Source: Vitrella brassicaformis CCMP3155
Taxonomy: Eukaryota > Protista > Chromerida
NCBI GenBank assembly: GCA_001179505.1
Contig: CDMY01000243.1
Span: forward strand, 372,001 to 436,000
Direction of reading: 5' to 3'
DNA length: 64,000 nt
This document shows positions 26,501 to 38,432 of the stretch, in pieces. Both the position numbers and the translations under genes were made by a program. Under the pieces are notes generated by a model. The model was not told the origin of the DNA, did not search any database, and saw only the letters and a list, made by a program, of their open reading frames with translations. Position 1 is the stretch's first letter; each line of letters opens with the position of its first letter.

Positions 26501-29459
26501 TAGACAAGAGGGACTATGTGAGTAATGGGACACACATAATGGGACACAGGCGGCATATCCCGTTGTCTCGGTTTGTTATGTATCTGTCACAGGTTGGTTC
26601 ATCCACTTTCCTCTGGGCCGCAAGGGGGGGCAGTATCGACATTCTGAAAACGATCCGCGACAGGCTGGGCCCGGAGGTGATCAAAGAGAAGGAAGTGGTG
26701 AGAAGAAAGATAAGCAACAATGGCTGCAATATAGTGGCCTTGTTTTGTTTCCATTATAGTGTTCTCGTCTCTCGGCACTCCATCACGCCGCTGAGAAGGG
26801 TCACGCTCCCGCAGTCTGGCAGCTGCTTGAATGGGAATCCGCTGAGGAAATCGACAAACGTGATAGTGTAGGCTCTTGTTCATGGCCTTGGTATCTGGAC
26901 ATTATGAGATTTGATCTGTTCTTCCGGTTGTGGCAGACATCGTATACCCCTTTCATTCTTGGAGCTCTGAAAGGTCATCCGATTGTGATGAAGGTGCTGT
27001 ACGAGAAGGCTGGAGCCCGCTTGCTGGAGCAAACAGAGGAGGTAGGGGCGTTTGGCTTCCATAATGGAAGCTCCCGTAACCGCCTGGTTTCTGGCTGTGT
27101 ACATTTGTGTCCAGGAGGGCTTGTTCGCTATCCATATCGCAGCTGATCGGGGTTATGTCGATGTGATCAATCAGCTGCTGGAATGGGGCGGCATAAAGGA
27201 GCTCGAGAAACGCAGAGACGTGAGTTTCTCTTTTTATGCAGAATACACCGACAGCGATTGTGCCGCTACGCCTGTGTTCGATGGTTGCAGGACAGTAGCA
27301 CACCCTTCCTCCAGGCTGCGCTCGCTGGTCAAGTCGAGGCAGCGAGGGCGATGTACGCCAAGGGGGGCAAGCCGCTGCTCGAACAGAAGGGACAGGTAGG
27401 TCGTATAAAAGTGATAATTCCGACTACTATGTGTATGTCTGCATGTAGTTGGGCCAATTCCCTATCCATAAAGCTGCTGCCGGTGGTACGCTACGTGCTG
27501 GTAAACCAGGTCATGTTGCTGTAGTGAGGCAGCTGTTGGAGTGGGGCGGTCTTGGCGAGCTTGAGAAACGCGATGAGGTACCTTCTTCTCTGGGCAATGC
27601 ATCTGTTGGCGGGTGTTCTTGCTATGTATGGATGCAGGACGATGACACGCCCTTCATCCTCGCTGCAAGGGGCGAGCACGTCGCTGTAATGGAAGCCCTG
27701 TATGCCAAGGGGGGCAAGCCGCTGCTCGAACAGCGGAACAAAGTGAGGAATGGAACCCCAGTGACAGGCAGATTCCATTCGTTATCGTGTCTCTGTTTGA
27801 TGGCTGCAGAATGATGACACACCCTTCATCCTCGCTGCAATCCCTGGCCACCTCGATGCATTGAGGGCGATATACGCCAAAGGGGGCAAGCCGCTGCTCG
27901 AGCAGAAGGGACAGGTAAAAGTCGCACAAAACTGCTCATGTATAATTCCGACTACTTTGTATATGTCTGTGTAGTTCGGCCGATTCCCTATCCATGCAGC
28001 TGCTGTGGGCACTACCGATCCAACAAAGGCTGACACTCCAGGTCGTGTGGCTGTGGTGAGGCAGCTCTTGGATTGGGGCGGCGATGGCGAGCTTGAGAAA
28101 CGCGTTGAGGTACCTTCTTCTCTGGGCAATGCATCTGTTGGCGGGTGTTCTTGCTATGTATGGATGCAGGACGATGACACGCCCTTCATCCTCGCTGCAT
28201 GGAGCGGGTACGTCGATGTGATGGAGGCGATGTACACCAAGGTGGGCAAGCCGCTGCTCGAACAGCGGAACAAAGTGAGGAGAGACACATCTGCTGCTTC
28301 CTGTCCGTGCAAATGATGCACGTGTGTGTGGGTGCAGTTCGGCTATTTCGCCATCCACTATGCAGCTGAAAAGGGTCATGTTGCTGCGGTCAATAAGCTC
28401 ATCGCCTGGGGGGGCCTTGGAGAGCTCGAACGACGAACCAAAGTAAGGGCATCTTGGATATGCAACGCAATAACGAAGGGGCTATATTGTGGTCTTGTGG
28501 TTGATGGCTGCAGCTTGATAGGACGCCCTTGCACATTGCTGCACTGTGTGGTCAACTCGATGTGACGCGATTGATGTACGCAAAGGGCGAGAAAAAGCTG
28601 CTCGAACAGCAGGGAGACGTAAGAAGCCGAGACATACTTTGTGAAAGAACATGTGATTGCTTCTCGTCTGCTGTGTGCGGGATGCAGGGTGGCAAATATC
28701 CCATCCACTACGCAGCCCAGAATGGTCATGTGGCCGCGCTCAATCAGCTGATCGAGTGGGACGACGAAAACGCACTCGATCGGCGTACTCAAGTAGGAAA
28801 TCTCACGTGGATTGGTATGGGGAATAGTATCCCATCTGTCCCCGTGTTCTGTGCTACGCAGGTTGGTGCCTATCCTATTCATGCAGCGGGTGCGGGCGTC
28901 CTTGGCGTCGATGGTGATTCTCCAGGCCACGTTGCTGTAGTCAAGCAATTGGTCCAGCGGGGCGGAAGAGCCGAGCTCAACAAATGCACCGTAGGCCTAC
29001 AGTGACCTGAGCCTCTCATCTCTCCACTTTCATTCACTTGCTGAAGGCGGGCGGGGCCACTCCCTTCCACACTGCCGCGGTCAACGGCCGCATTGAGATA
29101 ATGAAAGCCATGTATGCTGCGGGCGGCAAAGCGCTGCTGAGTGCGAGGACCAGTGTAAGTGAAGAGTAGATGCCACATGCCAGACGTGATGTTTGACTTT
29201 GTGTCAGGAAGGGTTGTTGCCGATTCACAGAGCAGCAGGCGAAGAAGATGTTTCAGATGGCCATATTGCAGTGGTCAAGCAGTTGATCGAGTGGGGGGGC
29301 GTCAAGCAGCTGAAAGAGAAAACCAACGCTGTGAGCAGTGCCCCCGTCAGTCCATTCGTATGTCTTGATTTGTTGTGGGTGTGCGTGATGCAGGGCAAGA
29401 CGCCCCTGGACATGGCGCAGAGTGACGAAATGCGCACACTCCTCAAGAGCTACAAATAG
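23532..29459 (+). CDS. Multidomain protein: beta-rich N-domain with amphipathic hairpin + ricin-like beta-trefoil + 24 single-exon ankyrin repeats and caps
   Basis: Exons 23532-23587, 23639-23799, ~23854-23921 and 23988-~24898 give MASPGGKLSLRVRNN..TTIDPGEEAVLSSFDSPYISIFIED..SQLW..EQW..ALW. The gene then splices in frame to an acceptor at 25058 and 26 ankyrin exons from 25059 to 29459 (TPFILAA..GH, PIH.AA..GHVAVV). Stop TAG at 29457-29459. Confidence 0.8.
27449..28274 (+). repeat. Tandemly duplicated exon+intron units within the ankyrin array (period about 530 nt)
   Basis: The 60-nt introns 27578-27637 and 28110-28169 are identical. Introns 26005-26071/27743-27809 and 27396-27448/27915-27974 are clearly homologous. 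Confidence 0.9.
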
Positions 29460-30173
29460 GCGGGTTCATGGTGTGTTGAGTGTGCTCTGGGTCGGTAGGC
29501 GTAGGACCGTGTGGTGTGCCGTGTGTGTTGAGGAACTGACACGGCACAAGGAGTGTCTGTCTCTGTGTGCATACTGGCTGCCCTCGTGTGAACAGAGAAT
29601 AGAAGTCGGATGAAGCTCATGCCTGACCTGAAAGAGAACACGTCACGGTCGATGTTTGTGCCACAGCACACTTCACAGCGGCGTGCGGACGATAACGACG
29701 ATCAGACGTAGTATATCTTTCTGTCTCTTGCGGCAGCATGAACTCTTACACACGACCACCGGCAGCAGCCGGAAGTGTCTGAAGGATTGTATGTCTCACC
29801 GGGCTCGGCGTCTTGGCCGGCATTGACACGTCTCACCTTCCATGAGAGCAGCACACATGCCTTGGCGGCAGCACCGCCGCCTCGCCCCTCGACGCCAACC
29901 ACGCTGCCGCCAACCCGCCTGCCCGCAGACCACAGCAACTGGCCATCAGACGCCTGTGGAGACGAGGCGCAGTGCAAACACAGCAATAACAGGAGACGGG
30001 AGGCTTTGGTTATCAGTCCATGTCTCAAGCCCTCCCTCCTGTCCGCGATTTAGAGCTTTCTTGCGTGAAACTGATCCTCCTGCTTGCGAACTGAAGTGAG
30101 AAGGCTTCGCGTCCCTACCAGCTGCATCATGAGCGTCGTCCCTACCAGGTGCTCTGCTTGATCTTCCACCGCC

Positions 30174-33100
30174 ATGCGTCGTTTGGACGTGTTGCTCATC
30201 TCACTGCTCCTGAGTGTGTGCCTGGCGCCGCTGTGGAGATGCCAGGCCTCAGCAGCACCTGCAGAAGGTACAGCACACCCACACGCACACATTCATGGTG
30301 CATACATTCATCTGCGTGTACGCCAGTTCTGTGTGGTTTGTCGTGTTGTCTGGTAGGCGGCGAGGCAGACAACGATCTGGAACCATCACAGGTGCATAAT
30401 CACACGCACTGCTGCGGCCCGGCATTGCTAGCTGGCACCCACTGCTTTGCTTGTCTGTGTCCTGTTGTGTCGTGTTGCTTCATCGCGTTGATTGGTTATC
30501 AGTCCGATGAGGTCGAGACGGATCTACCGTCGTTCAGCGAGGAGGAAGATGAAGTCGATGAGATTTTCGCAGAGGCCGACGCTGCCAAACTGCAGAAACT
30601 CACGAGGGCAATCGAGTTCAAGTATCACACACACGCGCCCACACACACGTGTCAACGCAACAGGTGGATTGTCACACGGGGGTGGGCTGCCTGGCTGTGT
30701 ACGTCGTGCAGGTATGGCGAGAACGGTCGAAAGAAAGACATAAGGAGGGCGGCACGGCTGCTCAAAGACGTGAAGGGGCAAGAGGGTTCCAAACAAACAT
30801 CGCATAATTTCACTCCCGTGCTTTTGTGATGGATGTTGTCATGTCACATGTGGTGTCCCATCAGTTGGTGACTGGCGAGGACATGGTGGCGATGCAGGCG
30901 CTCTACGAGCTGGGCGACATCTATATGCTCGGTCGGTACCATAGATCGATCACGTGCGCACGTACGTGCATCAATCAATGGGTGTTCGTGGCTGTCATGC
31001 TTGCATATATCTGTGTCCATACAGGTGCGAAGGGTTTGCGTGGGGTGCGCCGCAACCTGCGTCAGAGCCTGTCTTACTTCAACCAGTCGGCCTACATGGG
31101 CTGGGGGCCAGCACTGCACATCATGAGCTTCGCATACGCATCAGGATTCCAAAGCCTACTCGAGGTACGTGCATACGTGCAGACACCGTACGCAACAGTG
31201 GTTGATAGACGGGGCTGTTTTGTTTTGTTGTGTCGTGTTGCGTTTTGTTTTCAGCCCGATGAGATCCGTGCGGTGAGGCTGGAGCACCTGGCCACGGCGA
31301 CGGGCCACTTCGATGCCGTTATGGGAATGGGTTTCCGCTGGTACTACGGACACGGCGTCCCCAAGAAATGCGAAACCGCACTCAGATACTATAAGGCAAG
31401 TGACGCACGAAGCGAACGAACAAAGGGAGAGAGGGGATGCATGCATTGTGTGTTGTGTGTCAGCATGCGGCCCAGATAGCTCTTCAGGAGGATGCGCTGG
31501 GCAACCCGCCACTCGGGGACGCAGACAGGCTGACCGACCAGACCCTGCAGCTCTACAACAAACAACAGCAGCTCGCCGCACAACAAGTGAGGCCGAACAC
31601 ACACACAGAAGACATCGTCATAGCTCTCTCTTTCTCTCTGTGCGTGTGTGTTGGTTGGTATCAGTATGAGGTGCTTCAGTATTGGGAGCATCAGGCCAAG
31701 GGCGGCGACCCCATGGCCCAGTACGAGCTGGCCAAGCTGCACGAGGACGAGAGCGCCGCCGCCAACATGGACAGGCGCAGGCGGGTCCCGCCCAAGTCCC
31801 TGGAGCTCTACCAGCAGGCCGCCGAGCAGAACTACCCGCAGGCACTGACGGACCTCGGCTACATGTACATACAGGGGGCCGCTGGCGAAACAAACATCAC
31901 AAAGGCCGTCGAGAAGGCCGTCGAGTGCTTCGAAAAGGTCAGCCAGACGGACTGACAGACAGACAGCCACACAGCAGCACCCACACACGCAGGCAATATA
32001 TGTCTGTATGTATGCAGGCAGCCGAGCTGGGTGACCCGACAGCGCAGGCAGCGCTAGGCACTATCCACCTGACGCTGCTGAAACCGCGCAACGTCGCACT
32101 GGCGAAGGAATACTTCGTCAAAGCAGCCCTACAGGTACCTCTCATGTGTGTGAATGCATGTGTGTCTTAGACATACGTATGGATGGATGGTTGGATGTTT
32201 GTTTCTTTGCTCAGGACAACGCCGAGGCGTTCTTTTATTTGGGTGAGCTGGAGGCGGGCATCCACGACAGAGAAGAACAGAGGCTGTTCAGCGCAAACAG
32301 AAGCCACGTACGGACGCGCATACACACGCACGTATATAAGTATCTACCCATTCACACAGTCTGTCTGGCTCTTGTTGTGTGTCTATGTGGTGTGTGTATG
32401 TGTGTGTCAGGAGAGGATGCAGCGTGCGCTGCGGTACTACGAGCGGTCGGCCGACTACGGCTCCGTGTCTGCAATGTGGCGGGAGGGACAGCTGTACGAG
32501 CAGGGGTTCGGCACCCCACCCAACTGCAACAGAGCTGTCCTGGTAAGTCACCACACTCGGCCGCAACACACACGTTCGTCTATGTATTCACTGATCATGC
32601 GTGTATGTGTATGTGTCAGGCATACAAGATGGTGGCCGAGACGGGCAATGGTGTCAATGACGTGAGGCGGGGTCTGCAGTACTATGTCGAGGGCGACTAT
32701 GAGGGGGCACTCCTCACCTATGCGCTGGCGGCCGAGCAGGGCTATGAGGTCGCCCAAACCAACGCCGCTGAGCTGTACCGCACACACAAGGGATGCAAAG
32801 GCAAACACTGCGCATCAAAGGCCGTCAGGTCACCACTCACAACCACACACATCCTCCACTCTCTTTGACCTGTGTGTCTGTTTCTCTGCATCGTTACGTC
32901 ATCAGGTTGCACCATCGTGCGGTGAGTCAGGGCAATGTTGCGTCTTTGCACGAGGGGGCGATGCTGAGGCTGTCTGGCCGGGGGGATGTCGACAAGGACC
33001 TCCAGATGGGCGCACGACAACTAAAGACGGCCGCACAACACGGCAGCCTCAGGTACGCATGATGCATGCATACAAGACGGCACACGGCAGGCAGTCGCTC

Positions 33101-33597
33101 ATGTGATCAATATTGGTGTGTGTGCTCCTCTCCTTCCTTGCCTCATCTGGTAGTTCTGTCCTGTCGCTGGCTGAGCTCCACGCCAACGGCAAAGCAGCAC
33201 CCTACATCGACAAGTGAGGGCACAAACACACACATACATGCGTCATCTCATTTCCCCTCTATGTGTGTGCGGCTGGTGTCAGGGATTTGGGTCGTGCCGA
33301 GGAGAATTATCGTTATGTGTTGGAGAGCTGGGCGGCTGAGGAGGAGGGGCCGGCCGACCTGGGCGACAGTGGCGGCAAGGCATGGACGCGTGTGAGGCGG
33401 AAAACGGGGCCCGCACTCAAGCTGGCACAGATACGATTCAACAGGTGGATACGCCACCACACACCAATATGACGCAGAAAGGAAGAGAGGGCAGGGAGAG
33501 AGGGAGGGAGGGTGTGCATATGGTGGATGGATGGATGGAAGGTAGGGCCCACATAGAGAAGCTGAAAGGAGCTTTTAATGAGACAATGCCCCCCTGA
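30174..33597 (+). CDS. SEL1L: SEL1L/Hrd3-like Sel1-repeat ERAD protein with signal peptide
   Basis: Signal peptide MRRLDVLLISLLLSVCLA. Hallmark segments AVMGMGFRWYYGHGVPKKCETALRYY, VLQYWEHQAKGGDPMAQYEL and YALAAEQGYEVAQTNAA, plus multiple Sel1 repeats. Confidence 0.8.
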
Positions 33598-33885
33598 CTG
33601 TCTGGTTGTCTGTGAGTGCGCTTTATGGTGGGTGACGGATGAGGGGGGGGTGTGAGGTGTGTATGTGTTAACTTGTTAGTCTGCGAACGAAGCATGAGGT
33701 GCGTTGGTGGGACACGACGCGACACAATGCGTACGCAAATGCATATTTGTTAGACGTCAATGACCAGTCAAGGCGCATGATGCATGGAGGAAGCCAGCCA
33801 GGCAGCGATTCACACGGCCGGTCAGTCGTATACATGCTCACACATATACAAAAGGAAGCCCTTTCCTTGCAATGCAAGCCTCAGG

Positions 33886-34222
33886 CTATCTGTGCCCGTT
33901 TCCCCCATGTGTCGAGGCTTGCTCCGCCTGCTGGTGCTGCTGCATGGTGGCCGCCAGCTGCTTCTCCATGAGCTCTATCTTGGCCAGCGTCACACTCTTG
34001 ATGGGCAGCCACTTGGGCTTGCACAACACCTGCAACACCACACGCCACACAGCCGTACCACATCCCACACAGAAGAGAAAAACCATTGGCACTTCCGGTG
34101 CTGATGCTGTCGGCCTTCTTTCTTGGAGTGTCGTTTGGTACCTCCGACAGGCTGCTCTTCTCGGAGTACAGGAGCCCCTCCTTTGGCAAGATCACGTCCG
34201 GCATCTTCCCGCCACTTGCCAT
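33886..34222 (-). CDS. BBIP1: BBSome-interacting protein 1 (BBIP10), 2 exons
   Basis: MPDVILPKEGLLYSEKSSLSE|VLCKPKWLPIKSVTLAKIELMEKQ matches the family pattern EVLPKQG.L..E....VLCKPKLLPLKS.TLEKLE.M. Intron 34141-34030. Confidence 0.92.
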
Positions 34223-34449
34223 GGATGAAAGGCAATACCGGCACTCCGAGGCACCGCACGACGTCCAGACCACGGGTAGCCCCCGAAAAGCGAAGGAAAA
34301 AACTGAAAGAGGCGAGGGATCGCCCTGTTTGAGCGGTTTCACGGAATTCTGTTGAAGATCATCAGCTTTTCTGAGTCTTTGCCGCGTTCTGAGCAGGTGG
34401 CTGTGTGACCCTATGGCTCTGCTGAGTTGAGGACTGGAAGATTAGCATC

Positions 34450-35572
34450 ATGTTGACGCTGTTGGCCCTCCCCGTGGTGTTCGCCTTGTCCTGTGAAGCA
34501 TTCGTCCCGCTGGCTCCTCTGCACCCCTCCCTGTCGCAGCGTGACTCATCCTTCGCCGGCCTGCAGTCCCGCCGCATCGCTGTCGACCGCCGCCGGCCGT
34601 CCCCGTCACGAGGCCGCAGCACGGCGCTGAGGATGGAGCTGCCTTTCAACTTGGGTAGCCAGGAGGTGATAGTGCTGGTCATCGCCGCGTCATTTCTGCT
34701 GGGTCCGAAGGACGCCATTCGGCTGGCGCAGTCGGTGGGCGATGTGGTCAACCAGCTGCGGGGCATCGCCACCGAGGCCACCACGCAGTTCACACGGTCG
34801 CTAGAGACCTCGTTAGAGGTCGAGGAGGAGAGGAAGCGCAAGATAGAGAGGCGGCGGCGCAAGATGGAGATGCTGGACATGCCAGAGGACTTTGACTTTG
34901 CCGACCCCCTCTACCCATCGCAGCTGTCGGCACCCAACGACACGTCAGCTCCACTCAGCAGCCTGTCTGCCCCTGTGGCGTCAGCAGCGGCAGCGGCAGC
35001 GGCCCCCGGTCGGTCTCAGCTTGACGTGAATGACTGGAACCAGAAGGTGCTGGATCGGGAGGCCGCACAGAGGGCTGTGGATGAGGCCCTCAACAGGACA
35101 AAGACGGTCACTGCATCAGCAGAAGGTGGGAGGGGTGATGAAGGGTCACCTGTGTCTGTGGCGGTTGGGTCTCCTTCCTCTTCTTCTGGCGGTGGCGGCC
35201 AGCCGCACGGTGCTGACATATGGCCCGAGGATGAGCTCCTGGACGCACTATCCCAGCTGGAGGAGACCAAAGCCAAGGTGAGAAGCACAAAGACATACAT
35301 AACATACGCGTCTGTGTGTGGCGTCCCATGGATCTTTCTTTCGATGCATCCGTCTCTCACTCACTCAGGCCATTCAGCTGATGGAGGACGAGTTTGGTCG
35401 CCAGAAATCACGGCTGGAGGAACTAAGGCGGCGGCGGAGAGAAGAACTGGCCAACCGGCCCACATTCCCCCCACCTACACTTGAGCTCAACGCATCACCC
35501 TCTAGCAGCGGCACCGGCAGCAGCAGCGAGAGGCGGCAAGGGGTGGGGACAGGGGGAAGCCAGACAGGGTAG
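34450..35572 (+). CDS. Plastid-targeted TatA/TatB (Hcf106/Tha4-like) twin-arginine translocase subunit
   Basis: Bipartite leader (..ALSCEA|FVP) followed by FNLGSQEVIVLVIAASFLLGPKDAIRLAQSVGDVVNQLR, the TM-hinge(GP)-amphipathic helix pattern of TatA/B. Intron 35278-35368. Confidence 0.82.
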
Positions 35573-35981
35573 AGAGTGACACTTGAGGAATGCATGGACG
35601 TCTGTGTCAGCACGTGAGCGTCAGTCAGTGTGGGGTAGTGCGGTGTGCGGTTGAATGACTGACTGATGCGAGAGGGTCGAACAAAGCCGCTGTGTTTTGA
35701 GTGACGACGTGTGTCTGTGGCTTGAGTATCTGAAAGAGAGTGCGGGGATGGAAGGCAAGCTTGGCTGTTCCAGAGCTCTCATCTCAACACTCAGTCCCAG
35801 CCAGTGACGATGGATGCGTGTTGACGTGCATGTCATGTCATACAGGCACTCACCGGCAGGCATATATTCCCCCGTCGTATGCATACCCATCCATTTATCA
35901 ATACATGACATGCATCGCATCATCTGTCAGACGGCATCACTGCCCCACGCATCCATCCATTCACCCCACCCACTGCACCAG

Positions 35982-38432
35982 CTAGACCTTTTTCTTCTTG
36001 TGTGCCCCGCCATGCCCCTCGCCATGCTTCCGCTTCTGAGACCTGTGCACACCACACACACAAGACACACGCGCACACCTCTGTCCGTCTGTCTGTCGGC
36101 CCTTACTTGTGCTGTTTCTCAGTCTTGATGGCGCCCGGGGCACTCCCCATCGACGGCACGCCTACACCACACATCAATCACACCATTGACATCCACGACG
36201 GACACCTCACCTGCCTGGCTGCCACTTCACATATACATATGTATGTGTGTGTATGTGTGTCAGAACCCACTGGGCGGTTCATTGCGTTCCTTCTTGGCCT
36301 TGTGCTTCTCCTTCTTGACGTTCGGTGGTGGTCCGCCGGCGGCCATTGGTATGCCGGATGGGTAGACGCCGGGTGCCCCCTGTGCCCCGCCCATGGCACC
36401 CATGTGCTGCTGCTGCTGCACTGCAGCCTCCATCTGCTGCAACTGGGCCACAGTCATCTCTCGCTCCTGAAGGCAATACATACAGACGGACAGAGATAGA
36501 GAATGGACGTTGCTATGGCCAGGATTGGTACTGACCTTCTTTCTCTGGTCGAGGTGTCGCGCCAGGTTGAGCATCGTGGCTGCATCGGCACGCAACGCAC
36601 TGACACACACACACACACACACACCACCCACCTCCATCAATGAATCGTCACTGGCAGCACCCACCCACCCACCCGCCCATAAAGCTTAGCTGACCTGAAT
36701 GCCTGCACGGTTTGCTGTGTGGCCATCCGTGGCAGAGCGACGCTGCTCTTGGTGACTCCGAAGTCCTTGAAGCCGATGTCGTCGAGTACGGTCTGCACCT
36801 TGTTTTCCTGCTTGGGTGGCAGCTGGACGGCCTGCAGGGCCTGGGACGCCGAATACACACCGGGACGCTTCCACGGCGGCAAAGGACCAACCTGCACAGT
36901 CAGTGGGGGTGGGGCGGCATGTATCAGAACAAAGGGGGGCGGGGGGTGGTTGAATTGCGATGCCTCCGTGGCTGGTGGCATTTCTGTGTGTGTACGATAC
37001 TTGTATTTGTGTGTCGTCTTCCTCCTCCTCTGGCTGCTGCTTGCGCTTCTTCTTCTGATCCGCCGCCTGACTCTGATCCACACAGATAGACAGACATGAC
37101 AGACAACACACAGAGGGAATGAAGTGAGGATGTTCTGACGATATGAGATATGTATATGACGTGGGATTGTGTGTCTGCAGCAGAGCCCACCTGTTTCTGT
37201 CTGTTCTCCTCGGTCTTGATTTGCTGCACACCACACGCCCCATGCGTGTTAGTGATGTGGGGAAGCAAAGCAGCCCTCTCCGTCTGGTCTGTCTGACCTT
37301 CTCGAGTGCTTTGATTTGGTCGACGAGGTTCTTCTCATCCGACTTGACCTTGTCGTCGGCCTTGAACCGCTTACCCAGCAGCATCCGACGCTCCCAATCA
37401 TGAGACGGGCTACCCAATCACACACACGGCGAACCAAGCACACGCATACCATACGTGTAAGCAGCCGACCAGCCCTTTCTGGCACCCTGAATGGCTCACT
37501 CGTATCTGCATTTGATGATGGGGTGGTTCCTGAGTTCAGCGTCGAGCTTCTTCTCTGCGGCGGCCCTCTCAGCGGGCGGCAGCCTGTGCAGCTGGTCCCG
37601 CCGCCCGTCGTACTCGACCTCGACCAGCTTGCGTGCGATGGAGTAGTATCTCTTCTTGATGTCCTCGATGGTCTTCTTGCGGACGGGCAGCCTCTCGGGT
37701 GTGACCTCGGCCTGCGAGAGGAAGCGGTCGGCGATGACGATGAACCGCAGCTCATAGAGCACACACAGGTGCATCAGGTAGTCCGTCTCGGCCTTTGTCC
37801 AGTTCTTGTCCAGCTTCTGATCAGATGAATGAACACAGCACACAGACACACGCACCAACGGGGAGACAGGGTGGGTGCATGGGGGGGGGCACTATGTTGG
37901 TGGTTCCTCCATGGATGAGGTACCTACCTCGATGTGGTCTTTCCACTGTTGTTCGGTGTATGTGTAGACCTTGAGTGGCGCCCTCTTCTTGCTGTAGCTG
38001 TCCTCACCGGGGCTGTCCTTCTTGCGCCAGTGGCACAACTCAAGGCCGTCGTCCCGGTTGGCATTCCGAAAGGGAGCCAACGTCCACGCACTCACCGCAT
38101 GCTTCAAGCGACTCTTGTCCTGACCACACACACACACACAGAGGAAGATGCATCGCATCCATACCGTCACGTGTGTGTGGTAAGTGTCTGCTGGTACACC
38201 CACCCACCCATGCAATGCAGGAGCATACTAACATACTTACTTTGTGTGGTGAGGTGACGGTTTGTGCGAGAGAGGGCAGTCCATCTCCACATAGCTGGTA
38301 GACCTCCCTCTTCATGCCCTCCGGCCGCTTGTTCTTGGCCTCCCTCTTGCCGCCGCCCGCATCGCCGCCAGGCACCAGCTTCTTGAAGTTCTGACGCACA
38401 CCCAGGATGTCACGAACCGTACCGCCGCTCAT
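35982..38432 (-). CDS. DMAP1: DNA methyltransferase 1-associated protein 1 / Swc4 (NuA4/SWR1 subunit)
   Basis: VRDILG, KRPEGMKREVYQL, WTLAPFRNANRDDGLELCHW, and the SANT-like NWTKAETDYLMHLCVLYELRFIVIADRF..TIEDIKKRYYSIARKL. Confidence 0.92.

Noticed and set aside
25059-29459. Regularly spaced repeats as a CRISPR-like array
   Set aside because: They are protein-coding ankyrin exons separated by GT-AG introns in a eukaryotic gene.
29702-30028. Minus-strand ORF with a signal-peptide-like start, divergent from SEL1L
   Set aside because: It begins at TTG with an in-frame stop just upstream and has no ATG or recognisable domain.
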